From the NCBI GenBank assembly GCA_964619545.1, contig CAZUED010000001.1, positions 49,898 through 113,897 on the forward strand: a stretch of DNA of 64,000 nucleotides, read 5' to 3'. Positions 40,456 through 49,710 of the stretch are shown piece after piece (the first letter of the stretch is position 1; every line of letters begins with the position of its first letter). A program made the position numbers and the translations under genes. The notes beneath the pieces were generated by a model. The model made no database searches and had not been told where the DNA came from. It saw only the letters and a list, made by a program, of their open reading frames with translations. The stretch is from an uncultured Muribaculaceae bacterium (GTDB lineage: Bacteria > Pseudomonadota > Alphaproteobacteria > Rs-D84).

Positions 40456-42862
40456 AAATTTATTCTGCGTATCAAATCCAGCAAAGCTTTGTGAAGCCTT
40501 GTGGTCTTTTTTGGTTGGTCGTGATTTTACTAATGATGTAATCTTTTTACCCAGCAGACGAGCCATTCGCGTTGTTGAAAAATTTATAGCCGTGCGCTGC
40601 GGCGGCGGTGTTCTTTTGCCAAAGCTGGTTGCACTGGGCCAAAGCGATGACGAAGACGATACCCCAATTTCAGGCGATGATGTTATTTCCAATCAAGAAC
40701 GAGTTTTGGTTCTGGCAAAATTATTATCTGTTGCCGAAGGTCGTGGTTTTTCCTCGGTTTTACCAGTTGCTAAAAACTTGATCCAAATGCAGGATTATAT
40801 TGAAAACGAGCGGACAACAAACAGCGAAAAAATAAATTGGAACGAATTAGTTGATGAAAAGTTTGCCAGTCATTTTCAGAAAAAGGCAGAATTTCTTTCA
40901 TTGGCAGATAATGTTTTACCCGCAATTTTTCCAGGAAAAATAACCAGTGCGCAAAAACGAAATGCTGACATTCGCGCATGGATTCATCATAATTATACCG
41001 GCAAAGTAATTGTTTGCGGCAGCACTGCGTCTGTTCCTGCAACGGCAGATTTGATGGCAAGCGTTGCGTCAATGTCAAATGGAATAATTATTCTGCCAGG
41101 TAAGATAGTCGAAGATAGTGATATAGGTATTTGTAATCCTTATTATTCAGAAAATAAGTTTTTACAAAGCATTGGTTTGACACCATCAGACGTTTCAGAA
41201 ATTGATGTTGGCAAATCAGATATAGACTTTTTTAATTCTGCTTTTTCCAATGAAACAAATAAAAAACAAATTCAAGTTTTGTATCATGCTGTTCGTATAG
41301 ATTGCGCGCGAGAATCCCAAGAGGCTGAAGTTGCCGCCGAAATTGCAATGCGCGCAGAATTGGACGGAAAATCGGTTTTGGTTATAACGCCTGATGCGGC
41401 TGGAAATCAGCGCCTGCGTGAATCATTTGCGCGTTGCGGATTGAACGCGGATTTTTCAGGTGGGGTAAGCGGTTCAATGACTTTATTGGGTCGCACTATC
41501 TTGAATAAGTTTGATGAAGCATCTGATTTACGTCGCGGAGAAATCAAAAACCTTTTTGAGTTTATCAATAATTTTAATTTGGAATTTTCTGAATCTGATT
41601 TGCCGATAATTGAAAAGTTAAAAGAAGTTTCTGACATTTTTGTTCGTCATGGCATTGCGCCAAATTTTGTCGATGCGCGCGCAGTTGTTTTGGATGCCTT
41701 GTCATCCGTCCAGATTCGCCCAATTATGATCGAGGATGCATCTGTGCGCGTTCTGGGGACTATTGAATCCAGGATGCAATCTGCGGACGTTATTATCCTT
41801 ACTGGTTTGAACGAGGGTATGTTTCCAGCGCTGGGTTATGAAAATCCATGGTTGCCAAGGCCGGTTGCTCAACAAATTGGACTTCCCCCGCCACAGCGCA
41901 AAGTATCGCTGATGGCATTGGATTTTATAAATCTTTCCTGTGGGCAAAATGTTTATTGGTTGCGCTCTAAAACCGCAGGTGGCGCGCAGACAACTGAATC
42001 GCGCTTTCTTTCCAGAATCAGCGTTTTAGAAAAATTAAAAACTGAAAAATCAAATGATGGCGAAGAAATTTTGCAATCTGTTCGTGCGCGTGACAATTTA
42101 TCCCTGATACCACTTGATTTATCTGCGCCAATGCCGCCCGCAGACCGATCAGCGGTTTATGTAACGGAATTGGAATTATTGATACACAATCCCTATGCTT
42201 TTTATGCGCGGCATATTTTGCGATTAAAGCCCCAAGATGATTGGTGGGTTGGTCCAGGTCCAAAAGAGTTCGGCACCCTTGTTCATTCTGTAATTGAAAA
42301 TTACAAAATCAGCGCAGAAAAAAACAATCAGCAAATGATTTCTGAAATCATTGCCAATCTTGATTGTGCGGCGCGTAAAATTTTACCAAATGGCAGTGTA
42401 GTATTTTATTTCTGGCATAAACGCTTTGTCGAAATTGCGCCTGCAATTTTGCAAATGCTGGGCGCTTCAATTGGCGGAGAATCTGAAATTAAATTAGAAA
42501 CCAAAATTGCTGGTCGTGTTGTTCGCGCCATTGCTGATCGGGTTTGGGACGGCGTGGTTCTGGACATTAAAACAGGGGCTGCGCCAAATAAGTCTCAATT
42601 GGAGCAGGGCAATATGCCACAGCTGCCGTTAGAGGCATTTATGCGCGGTGCGCAAGTTATGCAATTTCTGCAATTGCAAAACAATAATGTAAAGCTGATT
42701 GAGTATTCTGGCGACCAAGCGCAAAACATGATAAATTCTTCTGTGCAAAAAGTATCCGAATTATTTGGACGTTATTCCAAAGATGCCGAGCCTTACGAGT
42801 ATTATGAAACCAGCGATCCAAAATACAAAGCGTATGACGACCTTGCGCGTGCAAATGATTAA
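40442..42862 (+). CDS. AddB-like PD-(D/E)XK nuclease superfamily protein (806 aa); no addA partner follows
   Basis: N-terminal LFCVSNPAKLCEALWSFLV...VIFLPSRRA resembles alphaproteobacterial AddB. The C-terminal GRVVRAIADRVWDGVVLDIKTG is a PD-(D/E)XK nuclease motif. Confidence 0.5.
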   Translation: MVLNKNLFCVSNPAKLCEALWSFLVGRDFTNDVIFLPSRRAIRVVEKFIAVRCGGGVLLPKLVALGQSDDEDDTPISGDDVISNQERVLVLAKLLSVAEGRGFSSVLPVAKNLIQMQDYIENERTTNSEKINWNELVDEKFASHFQKKAEFLSLADNVLPAIFPGKITSAQKRNADIRAWIHHNYTGKVIVCGSTASVPATADLMASVASMSNGIIILPGKIVEDSDIGICNPYYSENKFLQSIGLTPSDVSEIDVGKSDIDFFNSAFSNETNKKQIQVLYHAVRIDCARESQEAEVAAEIAMRAELDGKSVLVITPDAAGNQRLRESFARCGLNADFSGGVSGSMTLLGRTILNKFDEASDLRRGEIKNLFEFINNFNLEFSESDLPIIEKLKEVSDIFVRHGIAPNFVDARAVVLDALSSVQIRPIMIEDASVRVLGTIESRMQSADVIILTGLNEGMFPALGYENPWLPRPVAQQIGLPPPQRKVSLMALDFINLSCGQNVYWLRSKTAGGAQTTESRFLSRISVLEKLKTEKSNDGEEILQSVRARDNLSLIPLDLSAPMPPADRSAVYVTELELLIHNPYAFYARHILRLKPQDDWWVGPGPKEFGTLVHSVIENYKISAEKNNQQMISEIIANLDCAARKILPNGSVVFYFWHKRFVEIAPAILQMLGASIGGESEIKLETKIAGRVVRAIADRVWDGVVLDIKTGAAPNKSQLEQGNMPQLPLEAFMRGAQVMQFLQLQNNNVKLIEYSGDQAQNMINSSVQKVSELFGRYSKDAEPYEYYETSDPKYKAYDDLARAND

Positions 42863-42871
42863 GCTTGTGCG

Positions 42872-43585
42872 CTAGCTGACAATTCCATCTTTGATAGTAA
42901 TAATCCTATCGGCCCGTTTGGCCAGGTTCATATCATGAGTTACAAACAACATTGACATATGTGTCTGCTTGGTCAGAGAAAGAAGTAAATCAAAAACATT
43001 TGCGGAATGGGTGGGATCAAGGCTGCCAGTAGGCTCGTCCGCTAGCAGGATTTCAGGATCATTTGCCAGTGCGCGTGCGACCGCAGTACGTTGCTGTTCG
43101 CCACCAGACATTTCGGCTGGTCTGTGATCAGCGCGATGTAAAACATTTGCAGCCTTTAACAGCTTTCGTGCACGTGCGCAAGCGAGGTCCTCATCAATTC
43201 CATTTGCCAGCATGGGCAACATTACATTTTCAAGTGCGGTAAAATCTTCCAGCAAATTATGTCGTTGATAAACAAAGCCGAGTTTTGTGCGTCGCATTGC
43301 TGTGCGTTGATCTTCGGTCATTTTGTTTGTTGGAATCCCGGCAATTACAATTTGCCCGCCGCTGGGTTTTTCCAGCAATCCAACGCATTGCAGTAAAGTT
43401 GATTTACCACATCCAGATGGGCCAACCAGTGCGATAATCTCGCCACGCAGTAAATCAAATCCGCCGCCACGTAGAATGTGCAAAGGTTGTCCGCCTTCGA
43501 TAAAAGATTTTCTTATTCCAGCAACCGACAAGACCGAGGCGCGCTTTTTCACAGATGATAAAGATTTTAGTATTGATGCTGCCAT
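42872..43585 (-). CDS. lolD: Lipoprotein-releasing system ATP-binding protein LolD
   Basis: Walker A GPSGCGKST, signature SGGEQQRTAVARAL, Walker B LLADEPTGSLD. Confidence 0.85.
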   Translation of the reverse strand: MAASILKSLSSVKKRASVLSVAGIRKSFIEGGQPLHILRGGGFDLLRGEIIALVGPSGCGKSTLLQCVGLLEKPSGGQIVIAGIPTNKMTEDQRTAMRRTKLGFVYQRHNLLEDFTALENVMLPMLANGIDEDLACARARKLLKAANVLHRADHRPAEMSGGEQQRTAVARALANDPEILLADEPTGSLDPTHSANVFDLLLSLTKQTHMSMLFVTHDMNLAKRADRIITIKDGIVS

Positions 43586-43586
43586 T

Positions 43587-44840
43587 TTATTCGTTCCTTA
43601 AAACTTCCACTGGATCTGTTTTTGCTGCCTTCCATGCAGGGTAAAGCGTTGCCAAAAATGCCAATGCAATCGCAACAAATGCAATTCCTGCAACATTCCA
43701 GAATTCTATTTTTGATGGCAGCTCGGACAGAAAATACAAATCAGCCGGGAATAAATCGCGCCCAGTTGCCCATTGGAAAAACTGCCGGATTGGTTCAATA
43801 TATTTTGCAACCAGAACTCCAAGGATTGTTCCGAAAGCTGCGCCGATTATTCCGATACTGCTGCCGCACAAGATAAAGATTTTCATCATGCTGCGACGGG
43901 ACACGCCAAATGTGCGCAATACAGCAATGTCACGCGACTTGTCTTTTACCAGCATTACAAGAGATGACACAATGTTAAATGCTGCGACAATCACAATTAA
44001 AAGCAAAATTAAAAACATAACATTTGATTCAACCTGCAGGGCACCGACAAATCCACGATTTAAATCACGCCAATCACGTACAATAAATCCCGTAGGAAGA
44101 CTTGCGGCCAATGCATCTCGTACCTGAGTTGTTTTATTTGGGTCGGTTAAAAATAAATCTATGTGCGAAACTCCATCAGATGAGTCCAAAAATTTTTGTG
44201 CAGTTTCAAGCGGCATGAAAATATATCCGGAATCATATTCATACATTCCAGCAAAAAAAGTAGTAGCCACAGGATAAGACTGAATCCGTGGTATTGTTCC
44301 AAATGCAGTTGCTGTGCCGCCGTTCGCGCTGATAAGCGTTGCCGGATCATTTCTGGTTAATCTTAAATTTCTGGACAAGGCCGCGCCCATTACAAGTTGT
44401 CCATCTTTTACATTGGATATAGGTGCGCCGTAAATTTTTGTGCCAGTTTGAAATTTATGCTCTAAATCGCCCATTCTGATTCCGCGTACCATGGCGCCAG
44501 AGTTATTGCCATTTGCAGAAACCATTACTTGGCCTTCCAAAACAGGAACAATGTCAGTCGTTGATGCTGCAACGACTTTATTACTTTTCATCTTTTCAAT
44601 CAGATAATCAAAGTCTTTGATTGCGCCGTCTTGATGATAAACAACAACATGGCCATTCATACCAACGATACGTGAAAGTAAAGTGTCGTGAAATCCGCCC
44701 ATAACAGACATAACAACAATAAGCGTTGCAACGCCCAGGGCAATTCCCAATAAAGATACCCAAGAAACTACACTGCCAAAACCGCGCCCCCGGGCGCGTA
44801 GATACCTGAATGCAATTTTCTTTTCAAGACTACTAAACAT
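43587..44840 (-). CDS. lolC: Lipoprotein-releasing system permease LolC/LolE (FtsX-like)
   Basis: N-terminal FRYLRARGRGFGSVVSWVSLLGIALGVATLIVVMSVMGGF and a C-terminal FtsX-domain four-helix bundle. Confidence 0.85.
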   Translation of the reverse strand: MFSSLEKKIAFRYLRARGRGFGSVVSWVSLLGIALGVATLIVVMSVMGGFHDTLLSRIVGMNGHVVVYHQDGAIKDFDYLIEKMKSNKVVAASTTDIVPVLEGQVMVSANGNNSGAMVRGIRMGDLEHKFQTGTKIYGAPISNVKDGQLVMGAALSRNLRLTRNDPATLISANGGTATAFGTIPRIQSYPVATTFFAGMYEYDSGYIFMPLETAQKFLDSSDGVSHIDLFLTDPNKTTQVRDALAASLPTGFIVRDWRDLNRGFVGALQVESNVMFLILLLIVIVAAFNIVSSLVMLVKDKSRDIAVLRTFGVSRRSMMKIFILCGSSIGIIGAAFGTILGVLVAKYIEPIRQFFQWATGRDLFPADLYFLSELPSKIEFWNVAGIAFVAIALAFLATLYPAWKAAKTDPVEVLRNE

Positions 44841-44842
44841 TT

Positions 44843-46204
44843 TTATTCCTCTAAATACTCGCGCAGTTTATCACCAGAAATTTTTGGTGTTCTTGTTGCT
44901 TCGCCGGGCTCTACTATTGAAACAACTCGTGGGCTCATAAACACAACCAACTCTGCAAATGGATTTATCAATGTTTCGGGTTCGGTCACAAAGCTGTGTG
45001 TTGGAATTCCAATTATCACATAGTTATCACCCAGGCTGGATGGAACATTAAAGTTTGCCAATTCCCCATCGCTGGTGCGAAGTGTTATTTTAGCATCAAG
45101 TTTTACCATGTCTGCATACTGACCATACTTTCCAGTCGCGCCAACAATCAAGTCCGTTTCCAATCTGTCCTCGCGGGAACACTGACCAATGTCAAATCTG
45201 CTTTGCCAGCCATTTGGTATTACAAATGTTCCTTGGGAAATTAAAACTACATTAGCTTGTTGTGATAAGAATGATTGTAATGTTTTTGTGTTTATCTCTG
45301 GGGACACCACCAGTAATCTGCCAACTACGCCAGGTATCGACATTTTTACATTGTCATCACCGAATGCTGGCAACATATTCATCCATACTATCGGATTATC
45401 AGTGCGTGGATATACGCGATATACATCCATGTCCCATGCAACTAGGAATTTTTTGTTGCCGACATCTGCAACAATTGCGCGAACTTCGCGTTCGGTTTGA
45501 TAATTTCCCTCGAATACCAGGGTTTTATCCTGCCAGTTAGTAAGCAGATTTCGCAATTCAGCACCACGCATTGCATCGATCAACGCCATTATCATATGCT
45601 GGTCTTTTGGCATTTTCATCAGCCATTTTCCGCGTGATGAAATCCGAATTTCCTTGGCATCGTCATCATAAGAGTAATAAACTTTTCCCAATTTGCAGAT
45701 AAGCTCTACAGCGTCTTCCAATGTTCCGGATTTAATTTCTCCGCTAATCAGATCTGGCATATTGTCGGATACAACTACTTTTATCTTGGTTCCTTTTAAA
45801 AGGTTTTCTAAAACATCTGGGACATTCTTTTTCTTGAATGCAAAATCTTCGACGTCAAAATCAGGCAGATTATCGCCCTTGTTCAATCGCACGATTTCAA
45901 CAGGTTGTGCCGGGATAACAGACATTATATTTTGGTTATCCCAATCAACTTTACATCTTTTTGGAAGGTCTATGGCAAAACGCCGTGCGGTATCAGTTGT
46001 CAATCCAGCTTTGCGTGGAAATATAGGAACTGAGTATTCATCTACAATTGTGTTTTCAACAACCTCTATCGTATCGTATTGGACCTGATTTTGCTGACGC
46101 ATTTGTGTGCATCCAGCAAGTACAAGGCACAGAATACATGTCACAGGTAATATTTTTATATATTTTATATTCATTGTTGGTTCCTTGTTTCTATGCTTTG
46201 CCAT
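44843..46204 (-). CDS. Secretin-like outer-membrane lipoprotein (Secretin_N-like plus C-terminal secretin motif), co-operonic with lolCD
   Basis: Lipobox LVLAGC; N-domain-like NVPDVLENLLKGTKIKVVVSDNMPDLISGEIKSGTLEDAVELICKLGKVYY; C-terminal ETLINPFAELVVFMSPRVV resembles the secretin ELVIFVTPRIV signature. The likely true start is MNIKYIKIL at 46174. Confidence 0.5.
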   Translation of the reverse strand: MAKHRNKEPTMNIKYIKILPVTCILCLVLAGCTQMRQQNQVQYDTIEVVENTIVDEYSVPIFPRKAGLTTDTARRFAIDLPKRCKVDWDNQNIMSVIPAQPVEIVRLNKGDNLPDFDVEDFAFKKKNVPDVLENLLKGTKIKVVVSDNMPDLISGEIKSGTLEDAVELICKLGKVYYSYDDDAKEIRISSRGKWLMKMPKDQHMIMALIDAMRGAELRNLLTNWQDKTLVFEGNYQTEREVRAIVADVGNKKFLVAWDMDVYRVYPRTDNPIVWMNMLPAFGDDNVKMSIPGVVGRLLVVSPEINTKTLQSFLSQQANVVLISQGTFVIPNGWQSRFDIGQCSREDRLETDLIVGATGKYGQYADMVKLDAKITLRTSDGELANFNVPSSLGDNYVIIGIPTHSFVTEPETLINPFAELVVFMSPRVVSIVEPGEATRTPKISGDKLREYLEE

Positions 46205-46212
46205 TATGCATT

Positions 46213-46520
46213 TCAGATGTTCATAACCTTTTCGAATTCTTCCAAAGTCATTTCATAGATTGGTTTGTTACTGGGGGTTGTTAAATTTTTCATACCTTGA
46301 AATTCTGTGTTATATTTTTTTACCAAAGCTTTTAATTTAGCGTCACCAGTATTTAATTTTTCCCCGTATGCGTTCAGCATTTCCAATATATCTGCTGCAA
46401 AAAATCTTCCTACGTAATTCTCGGGTGCTATACCGCCTTTTTGGGTGCGAACAGCCGCCGACAAAGTTTTTAATGCCTCATAAAAACCTGCTATTCTGAT
46501 GTATCTTTCTTCGGCGGTCA
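46213..46520 (-). CDS. Hypothetical acidic protein (~102 aa), first gene of the secretin-like/lolCD operon
   Basis: ORF starting at MTAEERYIRIAG; the upstream extension overlaps a neighbouring gene. Confidence 0.3.
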
Positions 46521-46669
46521 TCTGCTTCTCCTTCCTGGACTGCATTATAAACTTAAAACATTTGCTTTCGCAAGTCCAAAAGGATGACGGATTGATAATA
46601 AAAGGCAATGGACAAAGCGCAGATAAATTTAGATTGCCAAGAATTGTATTTTTAGTTTATAATTTGATT

Positions 46670-47056
46670 GTGAAAAAAATATGTGCCTTATGCCTTGTTC
46701 TGTATGCATTGTCAGGTTGCTCGTCTGCCAATCGTGGTTCCATTGACGATGCGACGGTTTTAAATTGGGAAAATGATGCCGTAACCACCGAGCAATTTGT
46801 CCGTGATCATAAAAGTTGCCTGGGGGTGACGCGTCCGGCCCATATGCCACGTTCTAGACTTGCAAAACTTATCAGCCCGAACCAGTCCGGATTGATGCCC
46901 GATTGGGATGGTTTATGGGTTACATTTCAATCAAATGAAAGTCCTGATACGGGCCAGCGCTCGCTGATGTCTGTGCCGCCAAATACCAGCGCTCGGTCGG
47001 TCGGGTCATATCGTAGATGCATGATGAGACGTGGTTATTTATTAAGAGCTTATTAG
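46670..47056 (+). CDS. Small lipoprotein (GTG start; VKKICALCLVLYALSGCSS lipobox)
   Basis: Classic lipoprotein signal peptide. The tracked ATG at 46499 would overlap the divergent gene. Confidence 0.4.
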   Translation: MKKICALCLVLYALSGCSSANRGSIDDATVLNWENDAVTTEQFVRDHKSCLGVTRPAHMPRSRLAKLISPNQSGLMPDWDGLWVTFQSNESPDTGQRSLMSVPPNTSARSVGSYRRCMMRRGYLLRAY

Positions 47057-47134
47057 CAAGTATAGCAGGGTGTTATAATTTTATGCTCATCCACTTATAC
47101 ACTTAACCGGTTTTTTGTGTTATAATCATCACCG

Positions 47135-47821
47135 ATGAAAAACAAATTCCTGTTTTGGCTGTCGTTAGCCGTAGCGGTGTTGCTGGCGGTTTATCTTGGT
47201 GTGCGCATCAGCATGGTTCTGATGGGTGTGGGTGGGTCGCTGTCATCGGTAAAGAAAATTTCTGTACATTCCAGTAATGGTGAGGTTGCCGGTCTTATTT
47301 CGCGCCTGGGTATTGAACCTGGGGTTCGGCATGTTGATTTGGATCAGGCTTTGACGCGTATCGCGGCCGATCCAGATGTGGCAAGTGCCGGGGTGCGTCG
47401 AATGCCTAATGGCGAAATAAAAGTTCGTGCAAAAATGAGGGTTGTTATAGCCAGTTGGACAGATGGGGAACATTATTATCCTTTGGATGATACGGGTGCG
47501 CCGATAAATCGGCCATTGCCGGAAAGACCGGCAAATACTTTGATTTTTTCTGGTCAAGTCCCAAGCGACATTTCATCAGCTATAGCAGCATTAAAGCAGG
47601 CACCAGGGCTGTTTTATAGAATAGACAGAGTGGAGTTTGTAGAAGGCAGGCGTTGGGACATTTTTTTGCTGAATGGAATTCGTATTATGCTGCCCGAGGA
47701 AAATTTTGCCAGCGCTGCCGAAAAAATAGAAAAGCTGAATAAACAAAATATGATATTGGACAGACAAATAACACTTTTGGATTTGCGTGATCCAGCGCGC
47801 GTACTTGTAAAATTAAAATGA
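47135..47821 (+). CDS. ftsQ: Cell-division protein FtsQ (short POTRA-domain form)
   Basis: N-terminal TM helix, then VRHVDLDQALTRIAADPDVASAGVRRMPNGEIKVRAKMRVVIASW, a POTRA/FtsQ pattern; immediately upstream of ftsA. Confidence 0.7.
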   Translation: MKNKFLFWLSLAVAVLLAVYLGVRISMVLMGVGGSLSSVKKISVHSSNGEVAGLISRLGIEPGVRHVDLDQALTRIAADPDVASAGVRRMPNGEIKVRAKMRVVIASWTDGEHYYPLDDTGAPINRPLPERPANTLIFSGQVPSDISSAIAALKQAPGLFYRIDRVEFVEGRRWDIFLLNGIRIMLPEENFASAAEKIEKLNKQNMILDRQITLLDLRDPARVLVKLK

Positions 47822-49587
47822 ATCTGACAGATGGTGCATTTTTATGTTTAGACATTGGATCGTCCGGCGTTCATGCAGTTGCCGTACGTGTCAGTTTTGG
47901 TCGTATCAAAGCATCTGCAAATGCGTTTGTTGAATCAAAGGACGCAGTTTGGGCATTAAAATCATCGGTGGATAGCCTGGAAGAGCAAATTGGCGCGCGC
48001 TTTGACTCTGCATTTGTTACCGGAAATTTTGGTGCAATAAAGTCAGAAATTTTTTCGCGAAAAACATCATGGGCGTCTGAGCATAAAATTACCCCGCAAG
48101 ATGTTTTAGAGCAGGTGTCAGATGCAACCGAAGATGGATTTTCAATCTTACATATAATTCCGCTACGCTATGATCTAATCGGATTTCACAACATTGCAAA
48201 TGTGGTTGGACAAACTGATTGTGCCTTGCTTTCTGTGTTTCATTCAATTTCTTATTCTGATCAAGGATTGCTGCGGGCAAAATCTGCTTTGCATGGCGCT
48301 CATTTAGAGTCAGATGGATTTTTTGATCCATCATTTATTTTGGCGGCCAGTATACGTGAGTCTGCTGAATCATCCGTTTTTATAGATTTTGGTGCCCAGT
48401 TCACCAGTGTTTCACTTTGGACGCCCCGCGGACCAATGCTGATGGCAAAAGTGCCTTTGGGTGGTGCGCGTATTACAAAAGAAATTGCTAAAGCTTTTGG
48501 CGTGCCAGTTGCCGAGGCCGAACGACTGAAAATTTCCGGTATGACATTGATGCGTACGGATATGGATAGATTCACACCCAGCGATGCAAAGCATGACATT
48601 ACCAGATTTGAATTAAACGAGGTGACTGGTTCGGTATTTTCAGAAATCTTGGGTCAAGTGCATGATGTGTTGGACGCGGGAATACAAAAATACAATCCGG
48701 TAAAACTTTATATCAGCGGCGGCGGCGCACAAATTTCCGGACTAGACACAGTATTGGAAAAAGAATTTTCCATGCCAGTAAAAAACCTGGGCGCCTTTGG
48801 AATTGCCAGCGCATTGGCTGAATTTGTCTGGAACAATGAATCTTCGCGCGTTTCTGTTTATCTGGCGCGCAGAAAAAAATGGGATAAGGTTTTCGGATTC
48901 TTGTTCGCACCTTTGCGCTGGCGGTTAAAAACTGGGCGCAAGCGCTTGGTGCCAATTATGCCCAGCACTCTTGTGTGGGATATGCGTAATGGTACTACCT
49001 ATGCAAAATTTGCATCGGCGAATATTAGTATGATTCACGTTGATGTAATGGACGGATTTTATGTTGAAAAAATTGCTAGCGGAATTGACGAGCTTCGATT
49101 TATTCGTGCACACACAAAATCACATTTGCATGTTCATCTTATGACTGAAAATCCGGTCAGTTGGGCCGCGGAAGTAATTGAAGCCGGCGCAGATACAATA
49201 ATTGTTTCATCTGGAACTAATGGGGTGGTGCGGGCATTGCGTGAAATCCGGACCTCAGGTCGGCGTGCAGGAATAGCATTACATCCAAATACCCCATTGG
49301 AAGTAATTGCACCAGTGTTACGCGAAATTGACGAAGTTATGGTTATGTCTGTTGTTCCTGGGGCATCAGGACAATGTTTTATTGAATCTTCACTTTCTAG
49401 AATTGCGTCGCTTTATAATACCAGACGTCGTCATGGTTTGCATTTCAAGATCTCAGTTGATGGCGGAATAAATCCTGAGACAGCAAAAAAATGCTGGGCC
49501 GCAGGTGCAGATTTGTTGGTCGCGGGAAGCTTTCTGGCATCTGCCCCCGACTTTGCTGGCGCAGTTCAAGAACTGATCAGGAAATAA
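47818..49587 (+). CDS. ftsA: FtsA (actin-like cell-division protein) fused in frame to ribulose-phosphate 3-epimerase (Rpe); 589 aa
   Basis: N-terminal FLCLDIGSSGVHAVAV, ISGGGAQISGL and an amphipathic WDKVFGFLFAPLRW helix (FtsA membrane-targeting helix). This runs without a stop into IMPSTLVWD...IHVDVMDGFYV...VDGGINPETA (Rpe TIM barrel). Confidence 0.7.
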   Translation: MNLTDGAFLCLDIGSSGVHAVAVRVSFGRIKASANAFVESKDAVWALKSSVDSLEEQIGARFDSAFVTGNFGAIKSEIFSRKTSWASEHKITPQDVLEQVSDATEDGFSILHIIPLRYDLIGFHNIANVVGQTDCALLSVFHSISYSDQGLLRAKSALHGAHLESDGFFDPSFILAASIRESAESSVFIDFGAQFTSVSLWTPRGPMLMAKVPLGGARITKEIAKAFGVPVAEAERLKISGMTLMRTDMDRFTPSDAKHDITRFELNEVTGSVFSEILGQVHDVLDAGIQKYNPVKLYISGGGAQISGLDTVLEKEFSMPVKNLGAFGIASALAEFVWNNESSRVSVYLARRKKWDKVFGFLFAPLRWRLKTGRKRLVPIMPSTLVWDMRNGTTYAKFASANISMIHVDVMDGFYVEKIASGIDELRFIRAHTKSHLHVHLMTENPVSWAAEVIEAGADTIIVSSGTNGVVRALREIRTSGRRAGIALHPNTPLEVIAPVLREIDEVMVMSVVPGASGQCFIESSLSRIASLYNTRRRHGLHFKISVDGGINPETAKKCWAAGADLLVAGSFLASAPDFAGAVQELIRK

Positions 49588-49710
49588 AGGGTTGAAAAAT
49601 TAGTCGTTAAGTGGATTTTTAATTTTCTACTTTATATCTACTATTTTCTACTTTTTTATTTGTTATGTTTTTTCTTTTATGATAAAATGAAAGCATAAAA
49701 TGGTGGGAAT

